This document shows, piece by piece, positions 1 through 7,072 of a stretch of 36,917 bases of DNA (the stretch's first letter is position 1; each line of letters starts with the position of its first letter). The notes beneath the pieces were generated by a model, which saw only the letters and a program-made list of their open reading frames with translations, searched no databases and had not been told where the DNA came from. A program made the position numbers and the translations under genes. Source of the stretch: a virus (lineage: Duplodnaviria; Heunggongvirae; Uroviricota; Caudoviricetes); IMG/VR virus record IMGVR_UViG_3300021404_000007, positions 64,001 through 100,917 of that record. One strand, written 5' to 3'.

Positions 1-478
1 GCGGGGTGCCGCCCGGCACCACGAGGGAGTTCTGGTCGTCCGGGTCCACCAGCTCCGCGCTGGGCGTGATGATGGGGACCGGGCCCGGCGGTCCGGGGGT
101 GCCCAGCATGATGCGCTTGTAGCTGCTGCCGTACCAGATGTAGCCGCTGGACCCGATGATGTTGCCGCCGTTGTCCACGTCGTCGAAGACCCAGAACTTG
201 CCCTGGTCGGCGGTGGTGTTCTGCAGCGTCTGCGGTAGCTCGCTCGGGTCGTCCAGGTCGTCGGTCATCAGGTGCAGCACGAACATGTCGATACCGGCCG
301 GGCCGCGTGGCCCGATGATCGCGGCCATGGTCAGCGTGCCCTGGTCGCCCTGCACCTCGAAGGTGGCCACGAACTCCTGGTCGGCGCCGGGCGGCACCAC
401 CACGGCATAGACCTTGGTGTTGATCAGGTAGTTGGCGATGAAGTTGGTGTCGAGTGTCGGGTCGAGCGTGGCCGTCAT
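1..478 (-). CDS. Minor tail protein with collagen-like GPxG segments (5' part only, runs off window)
   Basis: Manual translation from ATG at 478 gives MTATLDPTLDTNFIANYLINTKVYAVVVPPGADQEFVATFEVQGDQGTLTMAAIIGPRGPAG...YIWYGSSYKRIMLGTPGPPGP. It is a clear paralog of 2158..3342. Not in the ORF track because it is truncated. Confidence 0.85.
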   Translation of the reverse strand, partial: MTATLDPTLDTNFIANYLINTKVYAVVVPPGADQEFVATFEVQGDQGTLTMAAIIGPRGPAGIDMFVLHLMTDDLDDPSELPQTLQNTTADQGKFWVFDDVDNGGNIIGSSGYIWYGSSYKRIMLGTPGPPGPVPIITPSAELVDPDDQNSLVVPGGTP

Positions 479-481
479 GTT

Positions 482-1372
482 TTACCCCGCCTGTCTCCAT
501 GTGCGCAGCTCGGTGACGCCGATCCCGCCCGAGTCGGACGGCGGCGTGGTGGGCACCCAGCCGGGGAACCAGGTGGACTGCAGCGGCGGCTGGTACGGCA
601 GCAGCACGGTGGCCGGATCGGTGAGGCAGATCGGCGTGGCGTCCACCGGCGCGGTGAAGGCGAACGGCGCCAGGTTCTGGTTGACCCCGTTGTAGGTGAC
701 CTGGGTAAAGGTCACGTCGTAGATCAGGTCGAAGGCCAGCCCGAACTCGGGGATATTGCTCACCAGCTCGACGTTGGGGCTGTCGGCCTGGTTGATCGCG
801 CACAGCTGGCCGGTGGTCCAGATGCGCCCGGCGCGCACCGGGATGCCGATGGCGGCCGGGGCCACCCGGGACGCCGAGCCCGCGTTCAGCATCTCCATCG
901 AGATGTTGGCCGCGCCGGACGACACCGTGAGGTTGCTGGCATCGGCCAGTAGCTGCGGCTGCGGGCTGTTGGCCAGTGCGCCCACCATCTCGATGGCGTA
1001 CGGACCACCGGCCGGTCCAGAGACCTGGACGTTGCCCGCGCCTATCGAGGACAGCGCGGCCAGCGCCGTCTGCACCTGCGCGGCGGTGGCGCTGGGCGCG
1101 ATGTAGGGGTTGATCCAGACGCCGCCGAAGTTCAGGCCCCAGGTGCCACCGTTGATGGCCCCGATGAGTTGCACCGTCTGCTGGTTGTTGGTGTCCTGGC
1201 TGATCTCGAAGTCGTCCACGAACGCGGTGAAGCCCCTGGGCACCCGCGGCGTGAAGGCGACCAGCGCCTGGATCGGGCCCATCCACGGCGTGCTGGCGGT
1301 GGACTGCGGCAGCGGGTCGTCGGTGCTCTGGTAGTCGCCGCTGACGTTGAAGAAGGTGAGTGCGGTGCTCAT
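482..1372 (-). CDS. Minor tail protein (296 aa) with an inserted SATAAQVQTAL...GGPY domain
   Basis: Sits in the tail module and overlaps its neighbours. It contains the actinophage structural motif ATAAxVQxALxALxxIGxGNVxVxGxxGGPYxxxxxGxLA. Confidence 0.75.
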   Translation of the reverse strand: MSTALTFFNVSGDYQSTDDPLPQSTASTPWMGPIQALVAFTPRVPRGFTAFVDDFEISQDTNNQQTVQLIGAINGGTWGLNFGGVWINPYIAPSATAAQVQTALAALSSIGAGNVQVSGPAGGPYAIEMVGALANSPQPQLLADASNLTVSSGAANISMEMLNAGSASRVAPAAIGIPVRAGRIWTTGQLCAINQADSPNVELVSNIPEFGLAFDLIYDVTFTQVTYNGVNQNLAPFAFTAPVDATPICLTDPATVLLPYQPPLQSTWFPGWVPTTPPSDSGGIGVTELRTWRQAG

Positions 1373-1659
1373 GGTTTAGCCCCCTTCGGGCTGGGCGCGG
1401 CGGTCTCCTTACGGCTGCCGCTGTGGACCTGCTGGATCACCGTGTCACCGTCGCGCGGGTCGTCGCCGAACCTGGTGGGCGGCCTGGTGGGCTTCACGTC
1501 CACCAGCGTGGGTTGCAGCGCCGCGCTGAAGTGCAGCACGTCGTCGTCGGTGGTCAGCGAGGGGTCGTAGACATCCTGGGAGAACTTCACCCGGCCACCG
1601 ACGCGCACCTCGACACGCACGGCGGGTGACTGCGGAACCTGCTTAGGCTTTGCGGGCAT
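1369..1659 (-). CDS. Hypothetical protein (96 aa), tail region
   Basis: Overlaps both neighbours in the operon; no recognisable motif. Confidence 0.65.
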   Translation of the reverse strand: MPAKPKQVPQSPAVRVEVRVGGRVKFSQDVYDPSLTTDDDVLHFSAALQPTLVDVKPTRPPTRFGDDPRDGDTVIQQVHSGSRKETAAPSPKGAKP

Positions 1660-2143
1660 TTTGGACTCCTGGGATCGGTGACTGCGGGGTCTGGTGAGTG
1701 CGCGGCTGCCGTGGGTCGCGCCGTCGTGGGCGCCCGATGGCGCTGCGGTCTATCGGCGCCCGTGCGGTCACCGCCATCTTGACGGCGTTGGCCGGCACGT
1801 CCCCCTCAGCGGACCGGATGCGCCGGGCGCCGCGCTCGGTGACGATGGGGGCGCCGGTGGCTTCCAGTTCCTCCGGCGTGGGTGGCGGCGTGGTGTTCGC
1901 CGCATTGGCCGCCACCACCTTGTTTCCCACGTCCACCGCCGCCAGCGCGGCGTTGCAGAAATCGGTGACCTCGCTGGGACGCAGGTGACGTGGCAGCATA
2001 AGCAGCCCGTCCGGCCCCACGCTGATCTGCCAGCCGTTGTAGTCCACCAGGTGCCAGGTCCCGGCAGGGGTCTCGTAGGACCGCACGGTGGCGGTCGGTT
2101 CCGGCGCGTCCGGCTCGCTGGCGCCGTTGGTTGGTTCACTCAT
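1643..2143 (-). CDS. Hypothetical protein (166 aa), tail region
   Basis: ATG preceded by a GAGG-containing RBS-like sequence (GAGGCGGTGAGTT-ATG); high-GC codon bias; function unknown. Confidence 0.7.
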   Translation of the reverse strand: MSEPTNGASEPDAPEPTATVRSYETPAGTWHLVDYNGWQISVGPDGLLMLPRHLRPSEVTDFCNAALAAVDVGNKVVAANAANTTPPPTPEELEATGAPIVTERGARRIRSAEGDVPANAVKMAVTARAPIDRSAIGRPRRRDPRQPRTHQTPQSPIPGVQNARKA

Positions 2144-2157
2144 AACTCACCGCCTCA

Positions 2158-3342
2158 CTAGAAAGGTGCTATCGCCACGTTGCGCTCCATCGGCATGATG
2201 AGCAGGAACAGCTGCGCACCAGGCGGGTTGAAGCTGTAGACGCCCAGCGCGCCGTCATTCCACAGGTTGATGTAGACGGTGCCCTGAGCCGGGTTGGTGT
2301 GGTTGGCCGGGACGACCGCCTTGTTGTTGAGCGGGGTGATGTTGTCGGCCAGATGGTTGGCGCCGCTGTAGTGCGGCATGATGTTGACCTCGCCGAGCGC
2401 ATTGCCCAGGCCACGCGAGATGAGCGTGCCGGTGACCGGATCGCCCAGCAGGATCTGGCAGCCGATCATCAGCGGGCGCGAGGACAGCTCGGCACCGCCC
2501 ATGCCCATGTGGCCCCACACGATGGGCGTCCACGGGAACGGTTGCGGCGGCACCGCGAAGCTGCCGACCGGGGCCTGCTGGCTCATCCCGCTGTAGGAGA
2601 CGAACGACTGCTCCGGCATCGAATAGAACTGGGTGGAGAACGCCGCCATGGACAGCGGCTTCCAGATCGCCCGCCCGGCGGTGTCCACGTGCCCGCTGCA
2701 CGCGAAGACATCGCCGGCCACCGGCGCCCTGGTGTGCTCGTCCACGTCCGGCATCCCGTGGATGGGACCGGGGTGGCCCGGCGGTCCGAAGGGCACCGCG
2801 AGGTTGTACTGCCAGCTCGGTTCCAGCCGGGTGCCGCTGGTGGCGATGAAGCTGGTGGTGTCCGGGTAGGTGGGGATGGGCTGCGGCTCTATCAGGATCA
2901 CGTCCGGCTGGATCAGGGGTGCCGGGCCCGGTGCGCCGGTGGTGCCCATCTGGATCGGCTTCCAGCGGTTGCCGTACCAGACGTAGGAGGTGACCGCCGT
3001 GATGACGCCATCGGTGATGGTGGATATCTGCCAGTACTTCCCGATGTCGGTGGGGGTGTTGGTCAGGTTCGTCGGCAGGTCGGCGGTGCTGTTCACGATG
3101 GGGGTGTCCTGGCGGCGCAGCTGGAAGTCCGCCTTACCGGCGAAGCCACGCGGGCCGACCAGCCCGCTCAGGTCCATGTCGCCCTGGTCGCCCTGGATTT
3201 CCAGGTTGGCCGAGTACATATTGGGCGTGTCCGGCGGCGTGACCTCGGTGCTCAGCGCCACCTTGATCACGTAGCTGGCCATGTAGAGCAGGCTGCCGAT
3301 GGGTGGCGGCTGCTGGATCACGTTGCTGACGGCAAGGGTCAT
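2158..3342 (-). CDS. Minor tail protein with collagen-like GPxG segments (394 aa)
   Basis: Motifs GPRGFAG, GAPGPAP and GPPGHPGP, a C-terminal beta-rich domain, and a position typical of mycobacteriophage minor tail genes. Confidence 0.8.
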   Translation of the reverse strand: MTLAVSNVIQQPPPIGSLLYMASYVIKVALSTEVTPPDTPNMYSANLEIQGDQGDMDLSGLVGPRGFAGKADFQLRRQDTPIVNSTADLPTNLTNTPTDIGKYWQISTITDGVITAVTSYVWYGNRWKPIQMGTTGAPGPAPLIQPDVILIEPQPIPTYPDTTSFIATSGTRLEPSWQYNLAVPFGPPGHPGPIHGMPDVDEHTRAPVAGDVFACSGHVDTAGRAIWKPLSMAAFSTQFYSMPEQSFVSYSGMSQQAPVGSFAVPPQPFPWTPIVWGHMGMGGAELSSRPLMIGCQILLGDPVTGTLISRGLGNALGEVNIMPHYSGANHLADNITPLNNKAVVPANHTNPAQGTVYINLWNDGALGVYSFNPPGAQLFLLIMPMERNVAIAPF

Positions 3343-4004
3343 GGCGTACCCATCGTGTCAGCCGTGCCTGGCGTTTTCGGGTTGCCGCGCTGCGGGCGCG
3401 GTGCGTCCTCCCACACGATCTTGGGCTTGGTGTGCCACCCGTCCGGCAGCTGCTGGCCCGGTGCGTGATCGCGGATGGCGGCCAGCCGCCGGGTGTCCGG
3501 CGGGAGGTACGGGTCGGCGGCGGTGTGCTCCGGCTGCAGCTCCTCGGCCGCGTCGTCCGGCGCGCGGGAGTCGACGTAGTAGTAGGCGTTGTCGTAGGTG
3601 AGCCCCGCCTGGTAATGCCGCTTCTTGATGTAGGCGCTGCGCGTGCGCCGGAAGCCGAGCAGCGCCAGCGTCCACGCGATGGCCACCTTGGGCTGCGTCA
3701 TGTGCACGCCGCTCAGGTCGACGATGTGCCCGTCCGGGTCGTTCGGATAGTCCAGCGCGTTGTAGATGTCGAGGTACGCCTGCTGCACCTTCATCATCTC
3801 GATCGCGCGCTTGCGCTCCTCGCCGGTAAGCCCGGCCTGCTCGATGGTCTTGCGGGTCAGCTCGCCCTGATCGCCGAACTGCAGCTTGGGTGGCCCCGCC
3901 AGCCGCGCATACGGGTTCGCCGCCGGGAAGGAGTAGCGGCTGCCCACGTTGGTGTTGCGCGGCCCCTCGCCCTGGCCCGGTACGCCCTCGACAATCTTCG
4001 TCAT
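3339..4004 (-). CDS. Minor tail protein (DUF2744/D29 gp29-like position and motif)
   Basis: True start is MTKIVEG at 4004 (ATGA overlap with the upstream stop). The core PKVAIAWTLALLGFRRTRSAYIKK resembles the small gene that follows the hub protein in mycobacteriophages. Family assignment is from memory. Confidence 0.65.
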   Translation of the reverse strand: MTKIVEGVPGQGEGPRNTNVGSRYSFPAANPYARLAGPPKLQFGDQGELTRKTIEQAGLTGEERKRAIEMMKVQQAYLDIYNALDYPNDPDGHIVDLSGVHMTQPKVAIAWTLALLGFRRTRSAYIKKRHYQAGLTYDNAYYYVDSRAPDDAAEELQPEHTAADPYLPPDTRRLAAIRDHAPGQQLPDGWHTKPKIVWEDAPRPQRGNPKTPGTADTMGTP

Positions 4005-5971
4005 CCGAACAGCGTCCCCTGTCCTGCCAGCTCGCCCACCAACGAGTACATCGCAGCCATCGTCTTGAACGCGGCATTGAACGGGTCGCTCTTGTTCTTG
4101 TCCTCGCCGATGGAGACCGACACGGTAATCGGCTTCTGCCAGTCCCACTCGCGCTTGATGCCCACCACGTTGTCCACGTAGATGATGCCGTTCTGTTCGA
4201 AGCCCACCCGGTCCCCTACGTTGAAGTCCAGGTGGGCGATCCAGGGATGACCGTCGATGGTTTTGGCCTTGAAGGCGGCGAACGCCCGCGTCTTCCAGTC
4301 GCCGGATCGCAGGGTGAGGATGGAGGCCAGCGTGTACGCGGTGCCGCTGCCCTTCTCGAAATGCTCCTGCCACGCCATGTCGCCCGCGTACACGGCACGG
4401 ATGGGATCGGTGAACCTCTCCCAGGCCAGCAAAGTGTTGTCCAGCTGGTTCTGGTAGAGATTGTCGAGTCCTGGGGTGCCCGGAGTCTGCTGTTGACCTC
4501 CTGCTCCCACGCCCAGCCACCAGTTGAGCACCATAGAAAGCTGCGCCAGCGCATACCGGATAGCAAACGTCTGCGCTTCGTTGACGATGGTGGGCGATTT
4601 CGAGCCGGTCATGATCGTCTTGACCGAGCCCTTGTGCCACGTCAGGTCGGTGGACTCCATGCCGTTGTAGTAGCTGTCCCACCAGATCACCTTGGGCGGT
4701 GCCGGTGCGGTGTCGGTCAGCTGCTCCAACAGGTAGGTGCGGTCCAGCCCGGTGGCGTCCTCCACCGGCTCGCCGTTCAGCACCTGGCCGGGGTCGAACG
4801 TCTCGCCGGTGCTGGGGTTGATGGCAATGGGCGTGATCAGGTCGTCCAAGGTGATCGCCACTGTGGAGATCAGGCCGTCCGCCGCCGTGCCGGTGGGGCC
4901 GGTGACGCCACTGATGTTCTCGAACACGCAGACCACCGCGTTGCGCTGCGGGGCGGTCAGCTTGTTGATGACGCTTTCGATGTCCTCGGTGAGCCCGCCC
5001 AGGTCGATGCCCAGCTGGGCCAGCAGGTCCGGGCCCAGGTTGAGGATGCTGGCCAGCTCGACGTTGGGGCTGTCCGGGTCGGTGGTCAGGTAGGTGTAGA
5101 AGCGCATCTGGCAGCCGGAGTCGGTGAGCAGATCGCCGAAGACGGAGTGCCAGTCGTTCCAGGTGGCGCCGATGGTGGTCCATCGGGACTGGTCGAGCAC
5201 CGGGTCCACGAAGGCCGGCTGGATCGGCCACTCGGTGGGCAGCACGTTGAGCACCGCGTCCGGCCCCAGCGGGTTGATCCACCCGGCCGGGTTGGCGATG
5301 TTGGTGATGGTGGACCACCCCGGCATGAACAGCCGGGCCAGGTTGACGAACGCGGTGATGAAGCCGATGGTGCGCATCGGGCCCGGCAGCACCCACATGC
5401 GCGGCAGCTGAATCTCCGGCGGGAAGATCGGGTTGGCGGCGACCAGCAGGCGCTTGGCGTGCTCGCGGAAGTGCAGCGCGGTGATCTCGATGCTGTGGAT
5501 GCCCTTGGCGTCCTTCTTGACGTGCAGCTCGGTGATCTTGCCGCCCCACCGGGTGCGCCAGTCCGGCTGGGTGGGGATGGGGTCGATGAGCAGGTTGAGG
5601 TCTTCGACGTCCATCGTCTGCTGGGTCATCCAGTTCACCAGCCAGTTGTCGTACAGGATTGTGAGCGTAACCTTGCCGGTGTCGGCGCTCAGGTCCTCCA
5701 TCGTGCAGGAGAGTTCGCCCATCAGCTCGGTCATGATGTTGAGGTTGCCGTCCGTCACCCGGATCAGCGGGCGCTGGTTACCGGCCTGGATGGTGACATC
5801 GCGGATGCCGTTGAGGTAGACCGCCGTGCTGGCCGGTGCGGTCAGCGGGTCCGGCACATCCGGCACGCCAATGCCGGGCACGAAGTCATACAGCCACTGG
5901 TCGAATTGCAGCTGGGACTCGGACGCCGTGCTGGCCAGGCCGGGCAGGAAGGTTTCCAGGAATTGCGTCAT
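4001..5971 (-). CDS. Minor tail protein, baseplate hub/Tal position (656 aa)
   Basis: True start is MTQFLETF at 5971 (TGATG overlap). It is the second gene after the TMP. Motifs RWGGKI, AANPIFPPEIQLPR and FNVGDRVGF...VSVSIG match the mycobacteriophage hub family. Confidence 0.85.
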   Translation of the reverse strand: MTQFLETFLPGLASTASESQLQFDQWLYDFVPGIGVPDVPDPLTAPASTAVYLNGIRDVTIQAGNQRPLIRVTDGNLNIMTELMGELSCTMEDLSADTGKVTLTILYDNWLVNWMTQQTMDVEDLNLLIDPIPTQPDWRTRWGGKITELHVKKDAKGIHSIEITALHFREHAKRLLVAANPIFPPEIQLPRMWVLPGPMRTIGFITAFVNLARLFMPGWSTITNIANPAGWINPLGPDAVLNVLPTEWPIQPAFVDPVLDQSRWTTIGATWNDWHSVFGDLLTDSGCQMRFYTYLTTDPDSPNVELASILNLGPDLLAQLGIDLGGLTEDIESVINKLTAPQRNAVVCVFENISGVTGPTGTAADGLISTVAITLDDLITPIAINPSTGETFDPGQVLNGEPVEDATGLDRTYLLEQLTDTAPAPPKVIWWDSYYNGMESTDLTWHKGSVKTIMTGSKSPTIVNEAQTFAIRYALAQLSMVLNWWLGVGAGGQQQTPGTPGLDNLYQNQLDNTLLAWERFTDPIRAVYAGDMAWQEHFEKGSGTAYTLASILTLRSGDWKTRAFAAFKAKTIDGHPWIAHLDFNVGDRVGFEQNGIIYVDNVVGIKREWDWQKPITVSVSIGEDKNKSDPFNAAFKTMAAMYSLVGELAGQGTLFG

Positions 5972-7071
5972 CAGCGGCTCCGCTTGTACCGCTGCGGCAG
6001 CAGGGCGGTGATGACGCCGTTGGGCTCGCTGTGGCCCACGGTGAGCTGGACGGCGGTGCGTGGCGGCACGCTGTAGATGAAGCGGTTGTTCCAGGTCAAC
6101 TGCAGCGGCAGCCCCTCGTTGGCGATACCTGACAAGAAGAAGTCGAGGATCTGGCTTTGCCGGATCAGGTCGAACAGCAGGTTGTCCTGCGGGTCGTTGG
6201 CCGCCGTCAGCGTGCGCTTGCCCGGCTCGGTGTCGCACATATAGGTGCCCACGCTGGGACTGGTGAGGGGCAGCGGCACCAGGCGGCTGGAATCGTTGTC
6301 CTGCACGATGGCCTGTCCGGGGCTGGTAACGAAGAACTGCGCGTAGCTGGGCAGGTCGCCGCGGTTGGCCAGCGTGAGGGTTCCCCAGTAGTACACGTCG
6401 CCGAGCAACTGGTCGATCAGACCGCCCAGCAGGGCGTCCGGCGGTGGGGTGGGTGTACCGGCGAGGACGGCTTGGAAGGTGCTGTAGAGCGCCACCTTGG
6501 TGAAGTACGGGCGGCTGGCGATCCAGGTGATGTCGTACATGCAGGCGTTGTTGCCGAACGCGGTGGCGTCCATCTTCTGTGGCGTCTTGATGGTCTCGAA
6601 CGGCCGCACCGGGATCCACCGCCAGCCGCTGAAGCGGGTGTAAAGGCCCAGCCAGCCGTCGTTGTTCTCGTCCTGCCCGTCCCACCAGTTGGCCTCGGAC
6701 ATGCGGAACTGGTACTCGGTCATCGGCGGCGCCTGGTTGCCGATCACGATGCCCGCGGTGAACATCCGCTGGCCGACGTTGGCGCGGGCGATGTCGGCGC
6801 CCATCACGTACGGCGAGTTGGTGATCACCTGCTCGACTGGCCAGGACTGATCGCCGGTGAGCTGGTTGACGAACCGGACGCCCTGGATGCCCTTGCCCGG
6901 CCCGGCCAGGTTGAAGTACTGCTGGGTCGGGCTGATGTAGACGGCGTGCGTCTGCATCCCGCGCAGCTGTGGCGGCAGCTGGTTGAAGGCGGTGGGTCCG
7001 GGCGGCGGGATGTAGTGCGCGGCGGTGGTGTTGCCGGAGAAGACGGTGCCGGGCTGGATGAAGGTCGTCAT
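5971..7071 (-). CDS. Distal tail (Dit)-position minor tail protein (366 aa)
   Basis: First gene after the TMP. Motifs GWLGLYTRFSGWRWIPVR and NRGDLPSY...SPG are typical of this family. Confidence 0.85.
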   Translation of the reverse strand: MTTFIQPGTVFSGNTTAAHYIPPPGPTAFNQLPPQLRGMQTHAVYISPTQQYFNLAGPGKGIQGVRFVNQLTGDQSWPVEQVITNSPYVMGADIARANVGQRMFTAGIVIGNQAPPMTEYQFRMSEANWWDGQDENNDGWLGLYTRFSGWRWIPVRPFETIKTPQKMDATAFGNNACMYDITWIASRPYFTKVALYSTFQAVLAGTPTPPPDALLGGLIDQLLGDVYYWGTLTLANRGDLPSYAQFFVTSPGQAIVQDNDSSRLVPLPLTSPSVGTYMCDTEPGKRTLTAANDPQDNLLFDLIRQSQILDFFLSGIANEGLPLQLTWNNRFIYSVPPRTAVQLTVGHSEPNGVITALLPQRYKRSR

Positions 7072-7072
7072 G

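Noticed and set aside
1-3342. Diversity-generating retroelement acting on the duplicated tail genes
   Set aside because: No reverse transcriptase is in the window, and the paralogs differ throughout instead of only at adenines of a near-identical template repeat.
3890-6076. Long plus-strand ORFs (also 2299..3468, 11285..13405, 18521..20155, 20292..21647, 23886..25121, 25968..27236)
   Set aside because: They are antisense shadows of well-supported minus-strand genes. High-GC codon bias suppresses stops on the opposite strand, and the translations are Arg/Gly/His-rich with no motifs or RBS.
3339-6685. Extended N-termini in the ORF track (3339..5549, 4001..6685; likewise 16289..17209, 16738..17613, 18321..19244, 18680..20335, 31890..33749, 35612..36805)
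   Set aside because: The extensions overlap upstream genes in another frame and read as junk. Real starts were set at stop/start overlaps or RBS/promoter positions.
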